From NCBI RefSeq assembly GCF_006345805.1, contig NC_043008.1:6572001-6636000 (forward strand): 64,000 bases of DNA. The letters run 5' to 3'. Below are positions 13,341 through 25,035 of the stretch, one piece after another. The notes under the pieces are model-generated. The model saw nothing but the letters and a program-made list of their open reading frames with translations, ran no database searches and had not been told where the DNA came from. Source of the stretch: Octopus sinensis. Its lineage: Eukaryota. The position numbers and the translations under genes were made by a program. How positions within the stretch are numbered: the first letter of the stretch is position 1; each line of letters begins with the position of its first letter.

Positions 13341-13654
13341 GAATACTTATAAAAAAAGACCGTCTTTCACTAATACACACAACCTAATTTTTATAGAAGT
13401 TAAATGTATCACTACTGCATTTAACATATGTGAAAAAGTCACATACTCCCCATGAACAAAACATTTCTTATCCCTATGGATCAAACGTCTAATTTTCATA
13501 GTAAAAACCCTAAATATAAACACATGAATGTTGCTTAAAAGATAGTTTCACACATACTCGATTCAATTATAAAAGGAATAAAAATATTATGGTGCTTTCT
13601 TTGTCAGACAATAGTACATTAGTTATAGACTGATTTAGGAATGGTAGTGATTGC

Positions 13655-14356
13655 TGTTATTCTGTATTACAAAGCCACTGTGTATTAGACTTTTTAACCT
13701 TTGCTAACACCAAGATGCCATGTCTGAAGTGAATCTGCCAATAATATAACTAGAAAGGCATTGGCATTTCTTGACAATTCAACTTGGGTTTTCAAAACAG
13801 TGACGAGTTGTTTGATGGAATTGGTGTGTCTATGATTATCAACAAAAAGAAAAAAAAAAAAGGCTATGTATTGAGTTTGGTAATTGAACCCAACATATTT
13901 CAGTGGCCAGATTGGAACACACATTGATCACATTCAAATCATGTGATGTGTCCTGACTATTAGCCAATCAGCTTGCAGAGACATCATGCCATAGCATGAT
14001 ACATCATCAAATGTCCTTCAAGATACTACACTTTTCTCATTATCAAAGCATTTCTGTGCCAAGAATAATGCCAGACATCTGAGAGCCACCAGAGAACACA
14101 CACCTCACCTCTTGTCCAGCAACACCAAGTTTTCCTTTGCTGAATCCAGCCAGAAATGAAAGAAATTCTTCTTCATATTTGCAAATCAACTCTTCTTGGC
14201 ATCTCAAGCCAAATTAGACATTACTATGCTAGAATCTAATCTCCTACATTCTCTACCAGCAGTTATTAAAAGTTTATATTCTATCATTCTCCTGTTCAAT
14301 AAACATTTTCATAAAAGTGTACCATTACATTTGCATCTGTTCATTATGGTATAACA
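13655..14356 (+). mobile_element. Possible solo LTR
   Basis: TGTTAT...ATAACA inverted termini, internal GCCAATCAG and AATAAA about 55 nt before the end; no clear TSD. Confidence 0.3.
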
Positions 14357-15191
14357 ACCAGTCAAAACAGCAACTAATAACAACCTATTCAATATGACAG
14401 TCATATCTTAGATACCCTGTGTAAAAAATATTCCTAGTTTACAGGGTAGTTTCTGTGGAGGAGCCACACATAATACGGATGGCTATCAGTTATACAGGTT
14501 TGAATAATAGGCTTAAAGATTGCATTAGGTCCAAATCTTGGCAAAGTTAATTTTTCAGATATTACTTTGAACTTAGAAATTTAACCTTCTATAATTCATA
14601 CTAGAAACCTAATGGGAAATTATGTAATATGTTAATTAGAATTTTAATCATCTATTCAATATTTTACAGAATCTAGTTTCTAATATCAGTAAGTATATCT
14701 TCTAATTACCCATGGATAAAATTACATTTAATACCACCTATTTCTTTAATGAAGTGTTCTGTAGCAAACTTTTGCAAATAAAATCCAACACACACACACA
14801 CACACACACACCACACACACACACACACATATGCACACACACATCCTAAGGAGGAATGGTTATCACAAGAACTTTAACAAAATCACATTTCAAGTTGACT
14901 TACGTTTTACTAAGAAAATTGCTTACATTGTTAAGCAGTTAACGACTTTTCAATAACAATAATAATTTTTCCCTGCCTACCTGTAATTGTATGGATTTTA
15001 GCAACTAACCTTTGCAGAGACTGTCAAGCTAAAGGACAAGTGTAATATCTGAGTAGTTTTCTGTTCACTGCAGTCTGGTTTAACGAATAATTAATGGATA
15101 ATTAATAATTAAAGTTCTTACAATTTGAAATAAAAAAATTTGTTTAGACAGCCAGAAATAAAGTTTTTCATGGACTCTCAAGACATTCTTT

Positions 15192-15412
15192 CATTCTTTT
15201 ACTCTTTTACTTGTTTCAATGATTTGACTGAGGCCATGCTGGAGCACTGCCTTTAGTTATATAAATCGACCCCAGGACTTATTCTTTGTGAGCCTAGTAC
15301 TTGTTCTATCAGTCTCTATTGCCGAACCACTAAGTTAGGGCAACATAAGCATATCAGCAATGGTTGTCAAGTGATGTTGGGGGACAAACACAGACATACA
15401 CACACACACACA

Positions 15413-15447
<35 letters not shown>

Positions 15448-15813
15448 ATCCAAATCAGAAGAAATCTCTGAGCTGATGAAGGAAAAGTGGCGTTTAACCC
15501 ACGAATCCAGAAACAGGCTGTTCTCGGGTATCTTATATGGATGTGATCTTTCATTGTTTTTCCCTTATACCTATGTGAGTTATTTTTGTGAGTATGCATT
15601 GTCTGGAGACTTTTACTTGCAGTTGAAGAAATAGCCAAATTTTTGGCTGCTATTTCTGAAAAGTTCGGTGTGCGGTAAAGTGAATTTTTTTACTTTACCA
15701 TATTTTTATAAATTAATACTTCAAATATACCGTAAATGGTCCTTTTACATACCGAATACTGCTTGGTCGAATTGATTAACAATTAATTAATTCTACCCCT
15801 TTTTTACTGACTA

Positions 15814-15874
<61 letters not shown>

Positions 15875-16038
15875 GATGGGCTTCTTTCAGTTTCTGTCTA
15901 CCAAATCCACTCACAAGGCTTTGGTCAGCCTGGTGCTATAGTAAAAGACACTTGCCCAAGGTGCCACACAGTGGGACTGAACCTGGAACCATGTGGCTGG
16001 TAAGCAAGCTACTTAGCACACAGCCACTCCTGCACCTG
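15192..16038 (-). mobile_element. SINE family A split by a 370-bp insertion in its internal (TA)n
   Basis: 3' half at 15192-15440, 5' half at 15873-16038. Confidence 0.85.
15468..15527 (+). ncRNA. Hammerhead ribozyme motif (degenerate) in a PLE-like fragment (15443-15812)
   Basis: CTGAG-CTGATGA-AGGA..GTGG/CCAC..TCCA-GAAA-CAGGCTG-TT-CTCGG; helix I CTGAG/CTCGG. Confidence 0.6.
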
Positions 16039-16305
16039 AAAGAATCTTCTTGTCAGCCTCATTTAAAATATGACAGGAAATCCAGATCATAAAAAAAGCC
16101 CATACATGTATACTTCTCACCATTCAACTTTGAGGTGTGAAAGATTTTTAATTCTATACTTGGAACCAAACTCATTGAATCAGAATCAGAAATTGCTAAG
16201 TTCTTAGAATTTGAAATTCTTACTGCAATGCCTAATGTCTGAAGACATTGGAAGCATCTCACTGAAATATCAAATCATAACAGTTTTCTTTATGGACCAT
16301 TATTC

Positions 16306-16730
16306 GGTACTACTAGCGAACAGTGGTCTCGGTGCGTGCTCTCATGCACTCGAGCATCCGCGCTAGCTAGTCGTAAGTAGTCAATCCTACAACGACTTTT
16401 TAACCCTAACCCTTACCCTAAACCCAACCCTAACCTTAGTTTGTTTATGAAAATAATTTATTTACTTAGTTTAAAAAATTATTTACTTTGCGTCTTATTT
16501 ACTTTGTTCGAAAAATATTTAATTTGCGTAAAAAAATTATATACATTCTTTTAAAAAAATTATTTATTTACTTTGTTTGAAAAATATTATTTAACTTCCT
16601 TTGATATGTATTCAGCCTTGAAATACAAACACACGTGCAAGTCGTTGTAGGATTGACTACTTACGACTACCTAGCATGGATGTGCGAGTGTGCAAGTGCA
16701 TGCGAGGGACCACTGTTCACTAGTAGTTCC
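16306..16730. mobile_element. MITE with about 90-bp TIRs, 9-bp TSD (Mutator-like) and internal telomeric repeats
   Basis: TSD CCATTATTC at 16297-16305 and 16731-16739; TIRs GGTACTACTAG...CAACGACTT / AAGTCGTTG...CTAGTAGTTCC; degenerate (TAACCC)n at 16401-16436. Confidence 0.9.
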
Positions 16731-17539
16731 CCATTATTCTTTGTTTACCATCTTCCGGCATTGAAGAACCTTGTTGTTTTTCAGTCATTTCCTTGTGGAT
16801 AACTCTAGGTTAAACTATTTGGATTATGTACTGAATATTTTCTTGAGATGATATAATTTCAAATAGTTCCAAACTAGTTTGAATACCATGTCCCTCATTC
16901 CTACAATTCCGTTTTTCAAGATGTCATCACTTGGTTTCACAGTGTTTCAATGTTTTTCCAGTGTATTTTTTTTTATTTCTGCATTCAAATACTATACACA
17001 TATATGGATGCGTGTGTACATTTGTATGTCTATCTATGTATGTGTGTGTGTATGTTGGTATGACTATATATGTGTGTGTTTATGTTTGTGTATACATTTA
17101 TGTGTGTGTGTGTGTATGTTGCTATGACTATATATATGTGTGTGTGTATGTTTGTGTATACATTCATGTGTGTGTGTGCGTGTGTGTGTGTGTATTACAT
17201 GATCTTCAACAATTTCAAATCTTTTTCTTTCCTGCTCTCTTATATTTTTCTTTCTTCCTCTCTCCAATGACTCTCCGATCTTATTTTCCTCCTGCTTCTC
17301 CTCCTTTCTCTCCAACTGTTTCCCTCCTCCTCCTAACCCCTTTTCCTATTCCAGTTTACTTTATTTTATCTTATTTATCAATATCTTAAAGCGTATGGCC
17401 TCTTTGCGACTGTAATATAGGTTTCCAAGAAGACAGTTTCGTCTCAAGATTTAAGACCATGTTTTATGCAGACGAAATTTCTATTGACTTATAAAAAAGA
17501 AATTTTCAATGTTTATCTCAAAATATCATTCCAGTTCTT

Positions 17540-17845
17540 TTCTTTCACTCTTTTATTCTTTTGCTTCGTTCAGTTATTAGACCATGGCCATGCTGGGACA
17601 CCGCCTTGAGGAATTCTTAGTTCATATATATTATTGGTCACTTATGCAGAGCCGCTAATTTACGGGGATGTAAACACACCAACATCGGTTGTCAGGTGGT
17701 TGGGGTGGGGAGAACAAACAACCACCCATCCACCCATACACACATACACACATGATGGGCTTCTTTCAGTTTCCATCTACCAAATTCATTCACAAGGCTT
17801 TGGTCAGTCCGAAGCTGTAGTAGAAGACACTTGCCCAAGGTATCA
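17540..17845 (-). mobile_element. SINE family A, diverged and 5'-truncated
   Basis: Core and 3' motifs present. Confidence 0.8.
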
Positions 17846-18435
17846 CACAGACGAAATACCTATTTCTTTACTACCTACAAGGGGCTAAACACAGAGAGGA
17901 CAAATAAGGACAGACAAACAGATTAAGTCGATTACATCGACCCGAGTGCATCACTGGTACTTAATTTATCGACCCCCAAAAGGATGAAAGGCAAAGTTGA
18001 CCTCTGCGGAATTTGAATGTAATGGCAGATGAAATACCGCTAAGCATCTTGCCCAGCGTGCTAACGTTTCTACCAGCTCACTGCCTTATTTGAAACAAAT
18101 ATTCATTTCTACTCTAGGCACAAGACCTGATATTTTTGGGGGAGGAGGCCAGTCAATTCGATCGACCCCAGTATGCTACTGGTATTTAATTTATCAACCC
18201 CAAAAGGATGAGATGCAAAGTCGACCTCAGCAGAATTTGAAATCAGAACACGAAGACAGGTGAAATACCTGTTTCTTTACTACCCACAAGGGACTAAACT
18301 CAGAGAGGACAAACAAGGACAGACAAACGGGTTAAGTCGCTTATATTGACCCCAGTGCATAACTGGTACTAAATTTATTGACCCCGAAAGGATGAAAGGC
18401 AAAGTCGATCTCGGCAGAATTTGAACTCAGAACGT
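17846..18435 (-). mobile_element. Cluster of SINE family D units (dimeric form)
   Basis: Three repeats of ACTGGTACTTAATTTATCGACCCC..AAAGGATGAAAGGCAAAGTCGACCTC, with two alternative tails. Confidence 0.85.
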
Positions 18436-19129
18436 AGGATAAAGGTCTTAATGAGATAATATATTTCTACAATGAAATGAATAAATCAGAGTAAGAAGAT
18501 AAATATCCTGGATGCTTAACATATAAAACTAAATCCTCTGAAGCTTAAATGTGTGCAGATATCAGATCTACTCAGAGGAGTAGAAATTGCTGATTAGAAG
18601 GTTACCAGTTGGGGTTTCATAAAATGAGGAGAGAACAGCCTAATATATCAGGCGGAAGTGTAAAATAAAATACTCAACTGTCATCTGAAGAGTCGGTCCT
18701 GTAACACTTAAAATTCTTTAGAATTTTCTAGTTACAATTAATTAATAAACCAATCTCATGAAATTCTCAAGAGTTTCACATGTTCAAAAGTGTCAGTCAC
18801 ATCTCTCATTTCAACCTAGTGTTGCTGACTTTAAAATACTCTTCTCAAATTTAAACTGATAGCTTTAGATTTCAAACACCATGGATATTCTGCTAGACAT
18901 GTCGAACGCTTTAACTGGAAGTTGGGAAAGACATGTCTGAGCATAAAATAACATGCCTTGCATTGGAAACAAGCTATAAATTGCCTTATTGTATTATGGG
19001 AGAGGACATTACAATGATATCTTTCATTATTCTAAAGACAATGCACCTAATGAAGAATTAATTATCATTTCTCAAACGACATGCATTTTGAGTAACTATT
19101 TTAGTAATACGAGCGGAACAGGATATTTT

Positions 19130-19596
19130 TTTTCCTTTTCCTTGTTTCAGTCATTTGACTGCAGCCATGCTGGAGCACTGCCTTCAGTTGAACAAATCGA
19201 CCCCAGGACTTATTCTTTGTAAGCCAAATACTTATTCTATCGACTTCTATCAGTTGTCAAGTGATGGTGGGGGACAAACACAGATGCACAAATACATACA
19301 TACACACACACACACACACATACAAATATATATATTTATTTAGAATAATAAGGTAGTCAGAACGTTGGAAGATTATATATATATATTATATTTATTTACA
19401 TCTTATTTACATTTTTAGTGTTTTCTTCTGTTATCGGATTTATCAAAAAATTTTTTGAGAAATCCAAAGGTGGAAGAAAGCGCTAAAAATGTAAATAAGA
19501 TGTAAATAAATATGAAAAAAAAGATATATGTAATCATCCAACATTCTGACTACCTTATTATTCTAATTATACAATATCTGTACATCACTTCAAAAA

Positions 19597-19636
<40 letters not shown>

Positions 19637-19872
19637 CTTTATTTGTTCCACATCCTCATGTTGTTGTCTTTTTGTTTTCTTGTTTGGATTAACTTTATAT
19701 ATTTATATAATGGCTTCATTCAGTTTCTGTCAATCGAAACCACTCATAAGGCTTTGGTCATGCTGAGGCTATAGAAGAAGATACTTGTCCAGGGTGCCAC
19801 ACAGTGAGACTGAACCCAGAACCATGTGATTGGGAAGGAAGCTTCTTACCACACAGCCACTCCTGCACCTAT
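19130..19872 (-). mobile_element. SINE family A split by insertions in its microsatellite
   Basis: 3' half at 19130-19330, 5' half at about 19710-19872. Confidence 0.8.
19340..19566. repeat. Loop-less 227-bp palindrome carrying two variant hammerhead motifs
   Basis: Symmetry centre at 19450/19451; the plus arm reads ATTTT-TTGAGAA-A-TCCA AAGG TGGA-A-GAAA-GCGC-TA-AAAAT. Confidence 0.85.
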
Positions 19873-19978
19873 ATTGTATAGGATACAGGTATAGTGGGTA
19901 AGATATTTGGTTGATAGGTACAATCATATTTAGCTGTATGCTGTTATCATTGCAATTATATTAACATTACTAATGTAA

Positions 19979-20222
19979 GTGGAGGCACGTGGCTTAGTGG
20001 TTAGGGTGTCAGCATCATGATCGTAAGATTGTGGTTTTGATTCCTGGACGACGTGTTGTGTTCTTGAGCAAAACACTTCATTCCACATTGCTCCAGTCCA
20101 CTCAGCTGGCAAAATGAATAACGCTGTGATGGACTGGTGTCCCATCCAGCTGGGGAACAAATACACCATGGAAACCGGGAAACTGGGCCCATGAGCCTGG
20201 CTAGGCTTTAAAAGGGCACATT
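19979..20222 (+). mobile_element. SINE family B with V-domain-like segment and 13-bp TSD
   Basis: A box TGGCTTAGTGG; GTGATGGACTGGTGTCCCATCCAG; TSD ATTACTAATGTAA at 19966-19978 and 20223-20235. Confidence 0.88.
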
Positions 20223-21499
20223 ATTACTAATGTAAATGTTGATGCTAATTTATCATAGGGATTTTACAGATTTACAGAAATAAAAAAGGGAGCAAATTTC
20301 AAACTAGCCAAGACAGCTTTGCTAAATGAGGACATGTTGTACTGTTGATGCACATGCAGCTTCTTATGTGCATTCATGTGTACAAGTATATTTTCTTTTA
20401 AAAGGAAAGAATGCAGTTAGAGAGCTGGATTGGCAAGCATGCAATAAGAGAGATATTAATAATGAGGTTAGAGGGAGAAAAGCAGAATGAGAGGCAGAAT
20501 AAAATACTCAAACAGCTTAAATGCACAAAAAGACCAAAACTATTCCTTATGATAATATTGAAAATCATAAATAACTGATACAAGCCATAAATTCTGACAA
20601 TTTAAAATACATTCAGAAAAACAATAGAAATCATTAACCGAGTACAATTTATTTTTTTCTAAAGAAAAAAATTCACATTTTAAATTATCCTTCTTTTGTA
20701 AAGTAATTCTTGTTATAACGATGTTATTCAGTCACTAAGTGGTGTTGGACATCTTTTGAAGAAATGACCTTCCAAAGAAAACATAGTTTTTCTGATGTTT
20801 TTCCATAATAGATGAAAGTTTTGTCAGATTGTTTGAACATTAAATTAGTGATTTGTAAAGCTTTCCAACTGTTTAAAAACAAGAAACGAAGCAAAATACT
20901 TTGGCCTTCTGGAAAATAATTATTTTTGCTTGTCGTTAAATGTTTTGCAATACTACATACAGCTTGGATTTTTTTTTACTCACTTCAGTCATTGCATTAC
21001 GGCCATGCTAGAGTACCACCTTCAGAAGTTTTTAGGCTGCCGTATTGATTTGACCCCCAGCACTGATTCCAGGTTTGAACTTATTCCATCAAGTAGTTAA
21101 ATTACCATTTTCTCTCCTTTTTATGTGTTGACGCCACTGGTGGTTAAAATAGAATGATATCAAATAGCTGCATATATTACTTTCCACCAGGAGCAGGTGT
21201 TAGGCCATAAGGTCAGAGTTTAGCCTTCATATGTGTGTTCTTTCACTCTCCAAGACTTGCGTTGCAGTCTCAAATAAATTCATAACATTTTGAATAGTTG
21301 TTGGTGAAAAAAATACCCTTTCAGGGTTAATCATGATGTACCATGGGGAGTAAGTATGCTTCTTAGATTCCTTAGCATGTGTGTGTATGTATGTGTATGT
21401 GAATATACATATGTGTGTGTGTATGTATGTAGGTATGCACACACACAGAGGGTTGGCTAAAAGACATGAACGAAAACATTTGATATTTCATTTATATTA

Positions 21500-21565
<66 letters not shown>

Positions 21566-21741
21566 TATTATTGTTATTATTATTATTATTATCATTATTA
21601 TCATTATCATTATTATTATTATTATTTGTTCATCATGTAAAATACAAGTGTAGTCATGATTATTTTATACCATTAGAGAAATGCCACTCAACATTTTTCC
21701 CAATGCAGTAAGTACCGTAATAATAATAATAATAATAATAA

Positions 21742-21842
21742 TCTAAGAATGCATTGGATCCATTGATCACAGCTGGACACACTGTCATGTCTTCTTCTCC
21801 TGTGTGATGTCCTGGGTCATCACCGACAACAACGGATGAACT
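21742..21842 (+). mobile_element. Short insertion within (TAA)n, probable Dong-type 3' UTR
   Basis: Unique 100 bp flanked on both sides by (TAA)n. Confidence 0.45.
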
Positions 21843-22160
21843 AATAATAATAATAATAATAATGATAATAATATTTTATAGGATTGAGATAACTCCTCCA
21901 GAAGGTATACAGAAAAAAAAAAAAAAGAAGAACGCCGTTGTTATCAAGTGAACACTATTTCAGTATCTAGTGTGCCTTCCACAGATGTATACCTTGCTTC
22001 GGTATACCTTCTGGAGGGGTTACCTTAATCCTATAAAATCTTACCAAAAAAGAAGTAGGTTGACAAGTTTATTTTTTTAACCTGATGCTGAAATATCATT
22101 CACTTGATAACAATGGCACTCTTCTATTTTGGTTTTAATAATAATAATAATAATAATAAT

Positions 22161-22293
22161 ACATGTCGCGCACATATGGTTGTGATGCATGTGCCTGGTG
22201 TACCCTTATCAGATGGGTAGTCATGATGAGTGTACTGGGCTTCGTATATTTTACCCCAGTGTCACTTTGATGGCATGCAGTGCTCTCTCACTC
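22161..22293 (+). mobile_element. Short insertion within (TAA)n, probable 3' end of a Dong-mobilised element
   Basis: GC-richer 133 bp flanked on both sides by (TAA)n. Confidence 0.55.
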
Positions 22294-22331
<38 letters not shown>

Positions 22332-22339
22332 TAAAACTA

Positions 22340-22375
<36 letters not shown>

Positions 22376-22909
22376 TTGTCTCATGCTCTCTTATACAAAT
22401 CTAACTACCAAACACTGTTACATAACACTCTTTTGACCACAAATAAAAACATATATGAAAGAAACTACAATTTCTCACAACAAATATAACCAGCTTGGTT
22501 AAAACGCTGTTTACGACATTATTTTTGTCGAGCCAGAAAAATTGTCTTTCCCATCCATTCCTTTCCACTCTTACCTACAAATGTATATTTACTTACTTCT
22601 TCTTCTCCCTCCTCTTCTACAACCAAGTCTTTTTTGCTTTCTACAAACTCATTTCCTCTACACATGATATACATATAAACACCTTTCCTCAAATGAAACT
22701 CTATATAAAGCAGGTACAACCAAACTAGGTGACAGTTTGATGATAATAAGCAAGCCGAAGCTTCAAAGTCGCTGACAAACTTTTCCTTCTTCGTGTAATT
22801 AAATATGGAACATGGCTGGGAAAGTGGTGAGTGATCCTTCAAGTTAATGTTCAATTGATTTTGGATATAAGTTGACATAAAAAGAAATTTTAATACAGAT
22901 GCACGACAA

Positions 22910-23236
22910 ACACACACACATATATATATGCACGAATAAATATATATCTATATGTATATAAATACACACACACACACACTTACACACACATATATATATA
23001 CACATATATACATGCATAAATATATATATACATAAAGATATATATACATAAAGATATATATACATATATATATACATAAATATATATATACATATATGCA
23101 TAAATATATATATATATACATATATATATACATAAATATATATATATATACATATATATACATAAATATATATATATATACATACATATGCATATATATA
23201 TATATATATACATACATATATACATAAATATATATT

Positions 23237-23273
<37 letters not shown>

Positions 23274-23385
23274 ACACATACATATATATACATAAATATA
23301 CATATATATATATACATAAATATATATATATATACATACATATATACATACATACATATATACATACATACATACATACATATGA
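22910..23385. repeat. Compound (TA)n/(CATA)n microsatellite
   Basis: Seen directly. Confidence 0.9.
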
Positions 23386-23432
23386 AACTAATGATGGAAA
23401 TGTAAAATAGAATATACGAGAAACTTTATTGG

Positions 23433-23545
23433 TCACAACAATTGTTTCAACCCATCTTTTGACCCCTCAATCCCTCTGGTGGTGGGGGGTACTGTACAAT
23501 GCGGTTGTGGTGCATTCCTTAATACAGAAGTGCCTCATCAGGTGA
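23433..23545 (-). ncRNA. Hammerhead ribozyme motif with long helix II insert at a PLE-like 3' end
   Basis: Reverse complement: TCAC-CTGATGA-(86 nt)-GAAA-CAATTG-TT-GTGA, followed within 2 nt by AATAAA. Confidence 0.6.
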
Positions 23546-24106
23546 TTCGAGAAGGGGCATGACATTAAATAAACCCTGTTTCCCTCGCTTTTAATATAGC
23601 ATATATCAGTAATTACTCAGGGCAGGCAGTTGGTGACTTCTGTGTAGTAAAACTCACAAAGATGTAAGCGAAACACAGGTGCATGACTGAGTTGAAGGTA
23701 GATTTACTTCTGCCTCTATAGAAAGTAAAGAAAAAGGTGTTGTAGGAATATACACAGCAAATGTACTACAGCAGTTCAATGCATAGCCTAAATATTGAGA
23801 TTGAAAGGCAGGGGGGAATTATGCCTACTTAATCTACAAAAAAATGAAATATTTTGCATTTTACGTATAGTATTCAGAGTAACCTTCATAATTTTATTGA
23901 ATTAGGTGCAAACTTTGCCGCAAAAGTAAAATGTTACTATCGATCTATTTTATTCAGTGTAAGCACTGCCTACCTTGCTTAATGAGGCAGCACTCCCAGG
24001 CACACACACACACACATATTATATATATATATATATATTAATCAATGAAACTAGTCTGGTTTTCATGCTTTATTATTTACCATTGTTACAATGTTAAAAT
24101 ATGGAA

Positions 24107-24148
24107 ATAAACTAGTACTTTCATGCATTACACAATCTTCAGGTTTAT
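24107..24148 (-). ncRNA. Minimal type I hammerhead ribozyme, near-intact
   Basis: Reverse complement: ATAAAC-CTGAAGA-TTGTGTAATGCAT-GAAA-GTAC-TA-GTTTAT; perfect 6-bp helix I, palindromic AGTACT helix III, CUA triplet, downstream AATAAA; the unit 24038-24176 is flanked by (TA)n. Confidence 0.8.
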
Positions 24149-24780
24149 GTAGGGACAGTTGTGCTCCACAACTGAATATATATATGTATATATATATATA
24201 TATATATATGCAGGGGTTGTCAAATATCTAAAATTTTGAATGCATTTGAACCTCTTCCTTTCCGGTTACATTAAATTCTTCAGCCAATCAGTAGATGTAA
24301 CATTTTCACCAGCAAAACAAAGAATGCATAACATACAAACACCATCTTTGATAAAAAAAAAAAAACTCCTTACAAACATCATTGCCATTACCATTCATGA
24401 AGCCCAACATTTCAAAAAGAATGCCATAAAGACCAAAGCAAAGGAGTTAGTCACTCTCCTGACCCAGTAGATTCCCCGCTCCTCATTGTTAAAGCTCTTC
24501 TGCCTGCAGGCTTTAGATTTCATTAAACATCTTTCCTTGATATCAGAAGTATGAACACTAGGAAGTCTTCTATTTCATGATTATTCCTACAGAGTTGGAA
24601 GGAATATGCAAATGATTATTTATTGTATGGTGGTGTTTCTATCTCTGTGTTTATACATTTATGCTCATGTATATATGTATGTATGTACATATATATATGT
24701 ATATGTGTATGTGTGTGCATGTATATGTACATGGAAGGTTGTGGTATGTGTCTATGTGTGAGCTTGATATATATATATAC

Positions 24781-24977
24781 ATTCTTTTATTCTTTTACTT
24801 GTTTTGGTCATTTGACTGTGGCCATGCTGGAGCACCACCTTTTTAGTCAAAGAAATTGACCCCAGAACTTATTCTTTGTAAGCCTAGTACTTATTTTATT
24901 GGGCTCTTTTGCTGAGCCACTAAATATGCAGGGATGTAAACACACCAACAACGCTGTCAAGTGAGGGGGGCGGGCAA

Positions 24978-25009
<32 letters not shown>

Positions 25010-25035
25010 ACACATGATGGGCTTCTTTCAGTTTG
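24781..25035 (-). mobile_element. SINE family A, 3' two-thirds
   Basis: Colinear with family A. Confidence 0.85.

Noticed and set aside
16401-16436. Chromosome-end or fusion telomere relic
   Set aside because: Short, degenerate and enclosed within a MITE with TIRs and TSD
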